Origin: Myxococcales bacterium
GTDB taxonomy: Bacteria; Myxococcota_A; UBA9042
Length of the DNA stretch: 64,000 nucleotides
Assembly: GCA_037441385.1 (NCBI GenBank)
Contig: JBBISH010000003.1
Span: forward strand, 64,001-128,000
Direction: 5' to 3'
Positions 48,572 through 58,597 of this stretch are shown here, in pieces. Numbering within the stretch: the stretch's first letter is position 1; every line of letters begins with the position of its first letter. A model generated the notes under the pieces. It searched no databases, was not told the origin of the DNA, and saw only the letters and a list, made by a program, of their open reading frames with translations. Position numbers and translations under genes: made by a program.

Positions 48572-49258
48572 ATGGGACAGGCGGTCCTAGAGCAGTTGCG
48601 CGCCAATCCGGCGACGGCCAAGTGGCCTGAAGCGGACTTGCGCGTTCTGGCAGGCGCCGTGGTCATCGAGCGCCACCGCCAAGGCACTGAACTTTGCCGG
48701 CAAGGGCGGCCGGGGGCCTGTTGCTGGCTGATCATGGACGGCAAGTTGGAAGTAGTGCGCGCCGTGGCCGGCCATCGCATGGAGGTCGCGCGGGCCAGCG
48801 TGGGCGAGTGGGTTGGTCAGCTGGCGCTCATCGACGGCGCTCCCCGGTCGGCTACAGTGATCGCGGCAACGGACATCGAGGTCCTGGTCATGACGCGCGA
48901 CGTCTTTGAGCAACTGCTCGCGTCGCAAGCCCCAGTGGCGTTGCGCTTCCAGCGACACGTCTCGATGACCGCAAGCGTGAACTTGCGCGCCGCCACGGAG
49001 CACTTGGCCAAGGTCCACGGCCTGATCGCGCGCCATGGCCATTTGTCGCCGGCCGACCTGTACACGGTTCGCGAGCGCCGTGGGGTGGCTCGTCCATCGC
49101 ACCATGGCATCCTGTGGACCCAGCCGCAGCTCGAACACCAAGCCGAGGCCGCCAAGGCCAAGCGCAGCGGGGACGAACGCAAGGGGGACGAGCGCAGCGG
49201 GGACGAACGCAAGGGGGACGAGCGCAGCGGGTACGAGCGCAAGGGGGACGAGCGGTAG
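48572..49258 (+). CDS. Cyclic nucleotide-binding domain protein with repeat tail
   Basis: LCRQG, DGKLEV, GEWVGQLALIDGAPRSATV. Confidence 0.82.
   Translation: MGQAVLEQLRANPATAKWPEADLRVLAGAVVIERHRQGTELCRQGRPGACCWLIMDGKLEVVRAVAGHRMEVARASVGEWVGQLALIDGAPRSATVIAATDIEVLVMTRDVFEQLLASQAPVALRFQRHVSMTASVNLRAATEHLAKVHGLIARHGHLSPADLYTVRERRGVARPSHHGILWTQPQLEHQAEAAKAKRSGDERKGDERSGDERKGDERSGYERKGDER
49160..49255. repeat. 15/30-bp coding tandem repeat (RSGDE-RKGDE)
   Basis: Alternating GAGCGCAGCGGGGAC/GAACGCAAGGGGGAC units, about 6 copies. Confidence 0.85.
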
Positions 49259-49336
49259 CCGCGGCGACGGGCAAACTCGCCAAGCCAGCCAGCGCGTGGA
49301 CGGCGTGCCCGGCCATGGGCCGCAAGCAGGCCGCCG

Positions 49337-50251
49337 CTAGCTCTTGGGTGGCACGACCTTGCCCTTCCACACCGCGCGGCGAATCGCATCGCAGTCGCAA
49401 TGCCACTCGGGCGGGGCCTGTTGGCACACCAGCGCCGCGATCAGCCGATGACCAGCACCGTTGGGGTGCACGTGGTCAAAGTCGTGGTATTGCTTGGCCA
49501 AGAACTGTTGGGGCACGGCGCGCGCGGCTTGGACCCAGCGGTCCTTTTCGGCGACTTGCTTGGCCCAGGGGCTGCGGGCGAACGTGTCGGCCAGGTCCTC
49601 GCGCGGTCGCAGCGGCGCACTGGAGCCCGCTCGCAGCGGGCTGCGCCACAGGTCGATGCCAATAGCAGGTAGTTCGCCGGGTTGCCACTTCTCAGGGTCG
49701 CCGTCGCGCTGGGCCACTCGCCGCCCAAACGCCTGACTTGGCGTCAGATGCCCCAGGACGAACTCGACGACGTGCTCGGTCGCGCGGTGCAGGCGCAGCG
49801 CCTTCCAGCCGTCGAAGCGCGGATCGTCGTCGCTGCCCCAAGGCGATAGGGACAGCGCCAGCACCTTCAGCCCGGCCTGGTGGCTTTGCACAAACAGGCG
49901 GCTCAGCCACCACGACGTCGACTCGGGCGACCACACCGAATTCAACCCGCCCTGGATGAACACCCACGTCAGGCCTTGGCGCGTCGCGGGTTCGTCCAAG
50001 ACGGTCGCCTTCAGGTTTTTCAGGATCTTACTGGCCCCAGCCCCCACTTCGCCGTGGTTGATCACTTCCAGGTCGCTGCAGCCATACTGCAGGTACTGGC
50101 CAAAATTGCCGGCGTAGTAGCGCGAGATCGAACCGCCGAGCACCACCGCCCGCACGGGACGGTCGGTGCGCCACGGCCCCGCTTTGCCGTCTTGGGCGTG
50201 GACCGGCCAGGCCAGCACGGCCGCGGCCAGCAGCGTGACAAATCGCCACAC
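49337..50251 (-). CDS. Secreted SGNH/GDSL-type hydrolase
   Basis: Signal peptide, VLGGSIS, QGGLNS, DHVHPN..GH. Confidence 0.7.
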   Translation of the reverse strand: MWRFVTLLAAAVLAWPVHAQDGKAGPWRTDRPVRAVVLGGSISRYYAGNFGQYLQYGCSDLEVINHGEVGAGASKILKNLKATVLDEPATRQGLTWVFIQGGLNSVWSPESTSWWLSRLFVQSHQAGLKVLALSLSPWGSDDDPRFDGWKALRLHRATEHVVEFVLGHLTPSQAFGRRVAQRDGDPEKWQPGELPAIGIDLWRSPLRAGSSAPLRPREDLADTFARSPWAKQVAEKDRWVQAARAVPQQFLAKQYHDFDHVHPNGAGHRLIAALVCQQAPPEWHCDCDAIRRAVWKGKVVPPKS

Positions 50252-50254
50252 GGC

Positions 50255-51262
50255 CTACGCCCGCCGCAAGGTCGCCACGCAATCGGCGACCATCTGGACC
50301 AGATCGCGGCACGGCTCGATGCCCAGCAGCACGCGCATCTTGGACGACTCGGCCACCAGCGCCGCGATATCGCCGTCGCGCCGCCCGGTGATCACGTGCG
50401 GAACCGGCACGCCCATGACCTTTTCGACCGCGTGCACTACTTCTAGGACGCTCGAGGGCCGACCCGAGCCCACATGCAGCACTTCGTGGGCCGCTTGCCC
50501 GGCCATGCAGGTGGCGCGGCTGTACTTGGCGCCCCGTACCAGCGCCGCGATCACATCGCGCATGTGCACGTAATCGCGCAGGCACGTGCCGTCGGGCGTG
50601 GGCCAGTCGGTGCCAAAGACCTTGAGCGGCGGCAGATCACCCCAGGCCGCCCGCACCGCCAGCGGAATCAGGTGCGACTCGGGCTCGTGCCGCTCGGCAC
50701 AACCGCAATCGGCGCCCGAAACATTGAAGAACCGCAGGGCCATCGTGGCGATGCGCCCCGTCGCTGCCGCTGCCGCCAGGGTCTGCTCCGCGTGCCATTT
50801 GCTGAGTCCATACGGACTTTCGGGCTGGATCACCGCCAGTTCGTCCAACTGCTCCGCGCCGCCCTGGTCGGGCCCCAGCACGGCCGCCGACGAAGCCAAG
50901 ACCAGCGCCGGCACACCAGCTTCCAAGCACGCCTCGGTGACCACCCGCGTGCCCTCAGCGTTGACCGAAAGGTACCGGTCCGCCTGGGCCACCGACTCGC
51001 CCACCAAGATCAACGCGGCCAAATGGAACACGGCCTCGGGCGCACCGCCGCACGCCTGCAGCGCCTCGCGAACCGCTTCCGGATCGCGGACATCCCCCGT
51101 CACCACCTGGACGGAAGCGGGCAGCGTGTCGCGGTGACCGCGCTCAAAGCTGTCCAGCGCCACCACCCGCGTGCCTTCCGCGAGCAGGTGCTGGACCAGG
51201 GTCGTGCCGACAAAGCCGCCAGCGCCAGTCACCAGCGCCGTGCGTAAAGGTCGATCGAACAT
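50255..51262 (-). CDS. galE: UDP-glucose 4-epimerase
   Basis: TGAGGFVG, HLAALILVGES, YGLSK, LRFFN, DGTCLRDYVH, RRDGD. Confidence 0.85.
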   Translation of the reverse strand: MFDRPLRTALVTGAGGFVGTTLVQHLLAEGTRVVALDSFERGHRDTLPASVQVVTGDVRDPEAVREALQACGGAPEAVFHLAALILVGESVAQADRYLSVNAEGTRVVTEACLEAGVPALVLASSAAVLGPDQGGAEQLDELAVIQPESPYGLSKWHAEQTLAAAAATGRIATMALRFFNVSGADCGCAERHEPESHLIPLAVRAAWGDLPPLKVFGTDWPTPDGTCLRDYVHMRDVIAALVRGAKYSRATCMAGQAAHEVLHVGSGRPSSVLEVVHAVEKVMGVPVPHVITGRRDGDIAALVAESSKMRVLLGIEPCRDLVQMVADCVATLRRA

Positions 51263-51297
51263 CGGCCATCTCCCAAGTTTTTGTGAATGAACGGAAT

Positions 51298-51783
51298 TTA
51301 GTGGTGGTGCCCACCGGGACCGTGCACGTGGCCGTGGCTGAGCTCCTCGGCGCTAGCCTGGCGGACCTCGACGATCTCGATGGCGAAGTGCAAGGTTTCG
51401 TCGGCCAGAGGGTGGTTGCCGTCCAGTACCACGTCGTCTTCGTGCGTGCCGGCGATCCACACCGGGAACGCGTTGCCCTGCTGATCCTCCAGCTCCAAGG
51501 GCAGGCCGATCTCGATGACAAAATCCTTGGGCAGGGCCGAGCGCGGCAGCGCGATCACCTTGGATTCATCGCGAGTTCCGTAGCCCTGCTCCGGGGCAAC
51601 CGAGATCTTGCGCTTGTCGCCCTTGGTCAGGCCCAGCAGCTCGCTCTCCAAGCCGGGGACGATGTTGTGGTGGCCGACCAGGAAGAAGAATTCGCCGTCG
51701 CTCGACGCGTCGATGACCTCGTCGTCGTCGCCAAGGCGCAGTTCGTAGTTCATGGCAACGACAGTGTTCTGGGCAATTTTCAT
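51298..51783 (-). CDS. slyD: FKBP-type peptidyl-prolyl isomerase SlyD
   Basis: GHHNIVPGLE, PEQGYG, DGNHPLA, His-rich tail HGHVHGPGGHHH. Confidence 0.93.
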   Translation of the reverse strand: MKIAQNTVVAMNYELRLGDDDEVIDASSDGEFFFLVGHHNIVPGLESELLGLTKGDKRKISVAPEQGYGTRDESKVIALPRSALPKDFVIEIGLPLELEDQQGNAFPVWIAGTHEDDVVLDGNHPLADETLHFAIEIVEVRQASAEELSHGHVHGPGGHHH

Positions 51784-51906
51784 CTTTGAATCCAACGGGC
51801 TTGGCCCGAGATCGAGTCCATTTGCCGACCAGAAGGGGCCGGCGAAGGCGCAAGTCTGCCACGGTTTCCCGCCGCATGCACGGCCTGATTCGGCCCAAAC
51901 GGGGGG

Positions 51907-54420
51907 CTAGGGCGGCGGCCCGAAGTCGGTGGCCACGCGCGGCGCCAGCTTCTCTTGCGAATAGCTGAAGTACAACAAGCCACGCACGAAGCTGAACTTG
52001 CTGCCATTTTTGGGACGAGCGATGTCTTTGTCCCAGGCCACCAGCAGGTCGTCGAGCCGCAGCCCGCCTGCCAGGAGCACCTCGCCGTAGTCCTTGCCCG
52101 TGTCGGCGTCGGCATTTTCGCTTTCAACTTGGGCGTCAACGACTTGCACGAGCATCGACCGGTACGGCAGCGACGTAGGTGCCACGGCCAGCACGGCTGC
52201 GTCGATGGTCAGGGCCGTCGGCGCCTGAGGCAGCACCGCCCCGGCCTCGATCTGGGCGGCAGCAAGAGCCCTTAGACCAAACAGGTCCGCAACTTTGCCC
52301 GTCACGGTCACCTCTTGCCCCACCTGCAGCCCCGCGTTCGCCGCGGCCGGCTGAATGTAGACGCCGCCCCACGCCACCGCCGGCACCGTTTGCGCCCAGA
52401 CCGCGTCGCCCTTCTTGGTCGCGGCGGTCACCTGCAGGCCGCTGATGCGAACTCGCTCCCCCGGGGGCCATAACTCGGGGTGCTGGTTGAATTCCACCGC
52501 GCTCAGCTCGGTGACCGGGCAGGCCGTGTCACCGGGATTGGCGGCTTTGGGGCACGCGTCGCAGGCATCGCCCTTGCCGTCTTTGTCGCCGTCGAGCTGC
52601 GTGTCATTGGCGACTTGCGGGCAATTGTCCTGGTCGTTGGCCACGCCATCGCCGTCCAGGTCGGTGGGGCTAGGCTTGGGGCAGGTCGTGGCGTTCTGGA
52701 CCAGCGGGCACGGATCGCACGCGTCGCCCTGCTTGTCGCCGTCCAGGTCGCTCTGGTCGGGATTCCAGACCTTGGGGCAATTGTCGGCGGTACCCACGGC
52801 GCGGTCGCCGTCGGCATCGGCGGTACTGGGCGGGTCCGCCAGGCTGGGGGCCATGTCGCACTTGAGCAACGCATCGCCAGCGGTGCCGCATAGGAACAGC
52901 GGCCACAGCTGATAGGCGTAGTTGTAGTCTGCGCTTGGACTGTCCTTGGTCTTGGCGGCGGCCAGCGCTTCCAGCAGCGTCTGCTGGACCTGCGCCAGGG
53001 TCTGCGTTCCTTTGGCGCCGGTCGCGGGATCGGCGGTGCAAAGGCGCTTGGAAACTCCACAGACATCCACTACTTCGCAGTCGCCCTTGCCCAGTTGCTG
53101 CATGAGCTCGTCGTCACCGTAGAGCGCCTTGCCGCCCACCATGGTCAGGCGCACTTGCTCGGGGCGCGCGGCGATCACACTGGGCAAGGGCTTCTTGCGG
53201 TCGCCGGAAAACACCGCGATATCCGCCATATAACCGGTCGCGAGTTTACCCACCCAGTTGTCGGCACCCACCGCCTTGGCCGCCTGCGTCGTGGCCATGC
53301 CCACCAAGATCTCGGGCGTGAGCATCCCGCCAAAGCGCTTGTCGCTCAACATCTTGGCGCACTTCAGCTCGTCGAGCGGGTGGATCGAGCCCGAGGCCGT
53401 CCAATCGGGCCCCAACGCCACGGTCAGACCCAAGTTGAGCGCGGTGGGCACGCGGGTCGTGTCGCCGTACAGATCCAAATTCGACTGTGGCGACCAAATG
53501 ATCGCGATGTTCTGCTGGCGCGCTTCGGCCAGTTCGACGCCGCCCAGACCGGTGGCGTGGATCAGCGAGACGTGCGGCCGCGCCAGACCCAAGTCCACGA
53601 GATCGCGCCACTCTTGCGTGGCGGCCGCGTTGACCCCCTCGCCCAAGTGGATGATCACGTCCTGGAAGGTCGACGCCTCTAGACCCGCTTTCCAGGCATC
53701 GATGTCGCTCTGCGCGGCGCCGCCAATGGCCGGTACCACATGGGTCTCGATCAAGTAGCCGGTTAGCCCACTTGCGCCCTTCTTGTCGTCCAGATCGCGT
53801 ACCCAACCTGTCGCACAGGTGCCCACCGAACTGGACACCCCCTGCACCGACGTCACCCCCGACATGAGCTCGCGAAACTCCATCCACTTCAGGTTTTCGC
53901 ACTTGGCCTGGGTGGTGACCGTGGCGTTGGACTTCTTGAACGCCTTGTAGCTGCTATCTTTTTGCCAAGCGTACCGATCGGCAAAGAGTTGGCTGTGCTG
54001 CCAGCGCGGCAGGTGGTCGTAGGTGCCGTGGTCGTGGGCGTTGATCAGGCCCGGCACGATGATGCCGCCGGTGCAGACGACCGTCGCTTTTTCGGCCTCG
54101 GGCGCCCCGTCGCAACTGCTCGAAACGCAGAGAATCTGCCCGGTCGCGGCGTTGACATAGACCTCGCCGTTGTCCAGGCGCAGCTCGCCCGTCCAAATCG
54201 TGCCGCGCAGGCGGATCAGTTTGGAATCGCCCGCGACAGGCTGACACGGCAAGAACGTAATCGTATCGCCGTTCTTGGCGTCACCTACGTCTTGGTTGGC
54301 ATGGGCGTCGGCGCCCGCGGCCGGCTCGCCGCTGCCACAACTGGCCAACGCCAGAGCCGAGACCAGCCAACCAACCAAAGTCGTTGAAATGGATAGCAAT
54401 CGCCAGCAAGCAGAGCGCAT
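51907..54420 (-). CDS. Lipoprotein amidohydrolase with thrombospondin type 3 repeats and C-terminal OB-fold-like region
   Basis: Lipobox [35 protein letters not shown]...Q.D.DGD..GDACD repeats. Confidence 0.8.
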   Translation of the reverse strand: MRSACWRLLSISTTLVGWLVSALALASCGSGEPAAGADAHANQDVGDAKNGDTITFLPCQPVAGDSKLIRLRGTIWTGELRLDNGEVYVNAATGQILCVSSSCDGAPEAEKATVVCTGGIIVPGLINAHDHGTYDHLPRWQHSQLFADRYAWQKDSSYKAFKKSNATVTTQAKCENLKWMEFRELMSGVTSVQGVSSSVGTCATGWVRDLDDKKGASGLTGYLIETHVVPAIGGAAQSDIDAWKAGLEASTFQDVIIHLGEGVNAAATQEWRDLVDLGLARPHVSLIHATGLGGVELAEARQQNIAIIWSPQSNLDLYGDTTRVPTALNLGLTVALGPDWTASGSIHPLDELKCAKMLSDKRFGGMLTPEILVGMATTQAAKAVGADNWVGKLATGYMADIAVFSGDRKKPLPSVIAARPEQVRLTMVGGKALYGDDELMQQLGKGDCEVVDVCGVSKRLCTADPATGAKGTQTLAQVQQTLLEALAAAKTKDSPSADYNYAYQLWPLFLCGTAGDALLKCDMAPSLADPPSTADADGDRAVGTADNCPKVWNPDQSDLDGDKQGDACDPCPLVQNATTCPKPSPTDLDGDGVANDQDNCPQVANDTQLDGDKDGKGDACDACPKAANPGDTACPVTELSAVEFNQHPELWPPGERVRISGLQVTAATKKGDAVWAQTVPAVAWGGVYIQPAAANAGLQVGQEVTVTGKVADLFGLRALAAAQIEAGAVLPQAPTALTIDAAVLAVAPTSLPYRSMLVQVVDAQVESENADADTGKDYGEVLLAGGLRLDDLLVAWDKDIARPKNGSKFSFVRGLLYFSYSQEKLAPRVATDFGPPP

Positions 54421-54636
54421 GGGTGCATCCAAGGCAGGCCCGAAGCGGGCGCCGGTGCCGCAGCCGCGCAGCGCGACTCGTTCAGCATACGGTGACCGAG
54501 GCGGCCCGTCGAGGCGTGCACATACAGCGCAAGGATACGCTTGGAAACCGGCCGACTGTCAGGCATACTCAAAAGTGCGCGTCGCTGCCCCCCTGGCGAC
54601 CAAGACTCGCAACCGCCGATTTCGGAGGCTGATCTC

Positions 54637-56169
54637 ATGCGTCTGCTCGCTCCTCGCTCCTACTCCTTGAAGGCCATGCTTGCCCTGGCGGCGCTGGTGG
54701 TGTCTGCCGCTGCAACCGGTTGCGGTTCGGATGCCAAGCCCGCAGCGGATACCGTTGACACCGAGGAAAATACCGACGAGCAAGACACGGTGGTGGGCGA
54801 CGCCTCCTCGAACAAAGACTCGACCACCCCGGTCGACGGCAAACCGGGCGAAATCGCGGTCGGCCCGGACGGCGCGCCGCTGGATACGGACGACACGGAC
54901 GCGGCGACCGTGGACGAGCAGTCGGTCGACGGCGACGTGGGCCCGGGCGTGGACGCTTCGACCACGACCGACACGGCCGGCACCGACACCACCGCCGACG
55001 TCGCTGGGCCGAAAATCATCTTGCCCGACTGCGCCAGCGGCAGTTGCGCCAAGTGCTCGTTCTGCGGCAGTGCCCCGCTTTGCGTCGGCGGCGTCACCTA
55101 CAACAACGACTGCGAGGCCATCTGCAAGCTGGACCTGAAAGAGGGTCTGGCACCGATCCTGGATCAGGTCAAAAAGGGCGCATGCCCGGACTGCGCGGCA
55201 TGCGGCACCGAAGAAATCAAGTGCAACACCCAGACCAAGCACTGCAAACTGTGCGTCAATGGTGCGTGCACCGACAAGACTACGGCGAACTGCACCAAGG
55301 ACACCGACTGCGCCACGGCGTTCGTGCAGTGCGCCACGCTCGAAGACGGCAGCAAGGTCGAGATCGACTCGCCCTGCCAGGCCACCTGCCTCAAGCTGAA
55401 GCAGGGCATCACCAACCCCACGCCGGGTGCCTGCAAGACCAAGTGCTCGGGCTCGCCGGCCTTTTGCCCGACCAGCAAGCCGTCGTCGGCGGTGCCCGAA
55501 GTGCCCGTCTGCGCTAAAGAAGATGGCAAGACCTACGCCACCGCCTGCGCCCTGAAGTACTGCTCGCTAGACGGCTGCTACGCCGAGGGCGAGACGGCCG
55601 CCACCAGCGCGTGCGGCGCCGGTCTGACCAAGGAGTGCGACGGCGCGTGCTTTGCCGATGCCTCGAAAGTCAGCGCCACCGCTGCCAATTGCCCCAAGGA
55701 CTGCAACGCGGTCTGCGGCGTGCTGCCCACCGGCCGCGGCAAGTCGTTCCGCAACGAGTGCTTGGCCACCAACGCTGGCGCCAAGGTCAAGGACTGCTCG
55801 GGTATCACGGCCACGCCAGACGACAAGTGCGCGGCCGACACACTGTACACGGGCCGCGGCTGCTGCGGCGACGTGAACTACTCAGTTAGCGGTATCAAGC
55901 AGATCTGTGCCAAGAAGGTCGACGCCAAGGGCGGCCCCGACCTGTGGGTGACGTTCCGAAACTCGAACGAGTTCAAATGCTTGACCGGTACCGACGCCAG
56001 CTGGGAAATCCAATACTCCGGTCCGTGCCTGTGCCAGTGCTCGGATGTCTACAAGCCCGTCTGCGGCGAAAACGGTCAGACGTACGCCAACCAGTGCGTC
56101 GCCGAGTGCTACAACAAGGCGTTGATGCCCAACTTCACCACCAAGCCGGGTGAGTGCGGCGCGCCGTAA
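54637..56169 (+). CDS. Cys-rich lipoprotein with multiple Kazal-like domains
   Basis: GGAGG RBS, lipobox ATGC, acidic linker, PVCGENGQTYANQC, PVCAKEDGKTYATAC, PLCVGGVTYNNDC. Confidence 0.8.
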   Translation: MRLLAPRSYSLKAMLALAALVVSAAATGCGSDAKPAADTVDTEENTDEQDTVVGDASSNKDSTTPVDGKPGEIAVGPDGAPLDTDDTDAATVDEQSVDGDVGPGVDASTTTDTAGTDTTADVAGPKIILPDCASGSCAKCSFCGSAPLCVGGVTYNNDCEAICKLDLKEGLAPILDQVKKGACPDCAACGTEEIKCNTQTKHCKLCVNGACTDKTTANCTKDTDCATAFVQCATLEDGSKVEIDSPCQATCLKLKQGITNPTPGACKTKCSGSPAFCPTSKPSSAVPEVPVCAKEDGKTYATACALKYCSLDGCYAEGETAATSACGAGLTKECDGACFADASKVSATAANCPKDCNAVCGVLPTGRGKSFRNECLATNAGAKVKDCSGITATPDDKCAADTLYTGRGCCGDVNYSVSGIKQICAKKVDAKGGPDLWVTFRNSNEFKCLTGTDASWEIQYSGPCLCQCSDVYKPVCGENGQTYANQCVAECYNKALMPNFTTKPGECGAP

Positions 56170-56186
56170 GCGCCTGTAAAGTCTAG

Positions 56187-56834
56187 CTATTCAACGGGCT
56201 TGTCCGGAGCAATCTGGGCAAGCCTGTTGGTTTTTGCGGCCGCCAGCGTCCGCCACGGCAGCCTGCGCAAGCCCACCAACTGACCGGCCCGGGCCACGAA
56301 ATCGCCATAGAGTTCTGGATGATCGATGAGGTGTTGGCGGAGCGCAGCATAGCGCGCCACCGCGGGCGCCAGGCTCTTGGGCAACCCGGACCAGGCGGCG
56401 TCGGCGATGCGCCCCGCCAGTCCCGGGGCGGAACCACCTGTACTTACGGCAAGCTGCACGTCGCCGCGCCGGCGCACCGCCATCCACCACGCCGAGCACG
56501 AAGCGGGCCGATCCGCGGCGGTGCAGAAGATGCAAGCCTGCTCGCAAGCGGCGAAAACCTGGGCGTCGACCTCGTCGCGATCGGTGCAGGCCACCACCAG
56601 AAAATGGCCGGCGACATCGGTAGCTGCGAAGGGCCGCGCCTGCCAGATGACGGCGCCCGCTTCCGCCAGCGCCTGCAGTTGCGGAACGGCCCATGGGGCG
56701 ACCAGTTGCACCTGGGCCCCGGCGGCCAGCAGCGTCTCGACCTTGCGCGCCGCCACGTGGCCGGCCCCCACCACCAAGACGGGGCGGCCCTGCAAGCGCA
56801 GCGCGATGGGAAGGGGCGCCGCGGTCGCGCTCAC
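56187..56834 (-). CDS. Precorrin-2 dehydrogenase (SirC/CysG N-terminal type)
   Basis: LVVGAGHVAARK, VVACTD, AVSTGGSAP. Confidence 0.85.
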   Translation of the reverse strand: MSATAAPLPIALRLQGRPVLVVGAGHVAARKVETLLAAGAQVQLVAPWAVPQLQALAEAGAVIWQARPFAATDVAGHFLVVACTDRDEVDAQVFAACEQACIFCTAADRPASCSAWWMAVRRRGDVQLAVSTGGSAPGLAGRIADAAWSGLPKSLAPAVARYAALRQHLIDHPELYGDFVARAGQLVGLRRLPWRTLAAAKTNRLAQIAPDKPVE

Positions 56835-57589
56835 GGTAGCCACCGCTGCTCGACCACGGCGCCCAGCACGGCCACCGACGGGCTGTGCGGCACGTCGGCA
56901 TCGGCATCGGCCAGGGCTTGGGCCAGGGTGGTGACGATGCGCACCTGTTCGTCGCGGCCGGCCCAGGTGACCCAAGCGAGCGGCAAATCAGGTGGATAGT
57001 CGGCCCGCAGCAGCTCGCCGAGCCAGCGCGCTCGGCTGGCGACGCCCATCAGCACCACCAACGTGAGCTGCGGCGCATAGGCCGGCCAAATCGGCAGCGC
57101 TCCGTCTTGCCGGTGGGCCGAGATCACCGCGAACCCATCCGCAACACCTCGCAGTGTCAACGGAATTCCAGCCAACGTCGGCGCCGCGAGCGCCGAGGAC
57201 ACGCCCGGCACCACGTCAAAGGGCACATCGGCCGCGACCAAGGCCGCCACCTCTTCGCCGGCCCGCCCCAGCACCATCGGATCGCCGCCTTTGAGGCGCA
57301 CCACCGCTTTGCCTGCCTGGCCAAGACGGACCAGCAAATGATTGATCTCGTTCTGCTTCATCCCGTGGGCCCCGGCGCGCTTGCCGGCGTCGATGATCGC
57401 GCAGCGCAGGCCACTCAGCAGTGCGGGGTCGACCAACGCGTCGACCACCACCACATCGGCCGACTGCAGCAAGGACAAGCCGCGCAGCGTGATGAGGTCT
57501 GGGGCGCCCGGCCCGGCGCCCACCAGGTAGACCCAGCCAGGCTGGGCGCGCGGCAGCGAGAGGGCGGGTTCGAGCAGAGGGTTCCACAT
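56831..57589 (-). CDS. cobA: Uroporphyrinogen-III C-methyltransferase
   Basis: VYLVGAGPGAPDLITLRG, VVRLKGGDP, VVPGVSS. Confidence 0.92.
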   Translation of the reverse strand: MWNPLLEPALSLPRAQPGWVYLVGAGPGAPDLITLRGLSLLQSADVVVVDALVDPALLSGLRCAIIDAGKRAGAHGMKQNEINHLLVRLGQAGKAVVRLKGGDPMVLGRAGEEVAALVAADVPFDVVPGVSSALAAPTLAGIPLTLRGVADGFAVISAHRQDGALPIWPAYAPQLTLVVLMGVASRARWLGELLRADYPPDLPLAWVTWAGRDEQVRIVTTLAQALADADADVPHSPSVAVLGAVVEQRWLP

Positions 57590-57670
57590 GGGCGCGCAGT
57601 GTAGCCGCCACTGGATGCGCCGAAAACTCGCGATGCCCCAAGCCCGCGCTATGCTGCCAGTTGACGCCAA

Positions 57671-58513
57671 GTGGCGCAGGTTCGCATTGCCGTGGCCGAA
57701 ACCGCCCAGCCCGCCCCCTGGTGGCAGTCGTTCGCGATGCGCGTGGCGGGGCTGCCCGTGTACTGGCTGACCTACTTGGGCTCGGTGATCCTGTTCGCCT
57801 GCACCGCAATGTGGCGCGCACGCAAGCGACCGCTCCGCGTGGGCGTGTACCTGCAACAGATGGAATTCGTGGGCGTGGGCTCACTGGGGATCATCCTGCT
57901 GACCGGCGGCTTTACCGGCGCCGTGTTCGCGATTCAGACCTCCGTCGCGTTCGACATCTTCAAGGCCAAGGCGTTGATCGGCGGCTCGGTCGCGCTGGCC
58001 TTGGTGCTGGAACTGGCCCCCACCATTGGCGCCTTGATGGTGGCGGGCCGGGTCGGTTCGGCGATGACCACCGAACTGGGCACGATGCGCGTGACCGAGC
58101 AGATCGACGCGCTGGAGACGATGGCGGTAGACCCGCTGCACTACCTGATTGCCCCAAGGCTTTTGTCGTGCACGCTGATGATGCCGCTGCTGACGATTGC
58201 CTTCAACGCCGTGGGGCTGGTGGGCGCCTATGTGGTCTGCACGGCAATGCTGGGCGTCGATCGCGCGGCCTTCTTTTCGCGCATCTACGAGTGGGTCAAC
58301 CCATCGGACATCTACTGCTCGGTGGTCAAGGGGACGGCGTTCGGCGCCATCATCGGCGCGATCGCGTCGTACAAGGGCTTCAACGCCTCGGGCGGCTCGC
58401 GCGGCGTCGGTTTGGCCACCACCAGCACCGTCGTCACGGCCAGCGTCACCGTGCTCATCGTCGACTACCTGATCACCAGCGTTTGGATGATCCTGTTCCC
58501 CGTCGGTGGCTGA
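57671..58513 (+). CDS. mlaE: MlaE-family ABC transporter permease
   Basis: ELAP, AGRVGSAMTTELGTMRVTEQIDALETM, GVGLATT..VV. Confidence 0.92.
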   Translation: MAQVRIAVAETAQPAPWWQSFAMRVAGLPVYWLTYLGSVILFACTAMWRARKRPLRVGVYLQQMEFVGVGSLGIILLTGGFTGAVFAIQTSVAFDIFKAKALIGGSVALALVLELAPTIGALMVAGRVGSAMTTELGTMRVTEQIDALETMAVDPLHYLIAPRLLSCTLMMPLLTIAFNAVGLVGAYVVCTAMLGVDRAAFFSRIYEWVNPSDIYCSVVKGTAFGAIIGAIASYKGFNASGGSRGVGLATTSTVVTASVTVLIVDYLITSVWMILFPVGG

Positions 58514-58520
58514 CGGCTGT

Positions 58521-58549
58521 TTGCACTCGCACGGGCCGACCCGTACACT
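58521..58549 (+). promoter_or_regulatory. Sigma70-type promoter of prfB
   Basis: TTGCAC-N17-TACACT. Confidence 0.55.
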
Positions 58550-58597
58550 GCGCCGCGCTGCCGGGACCGGGCCTGCGGCGACCCTACGCGAGGATTC

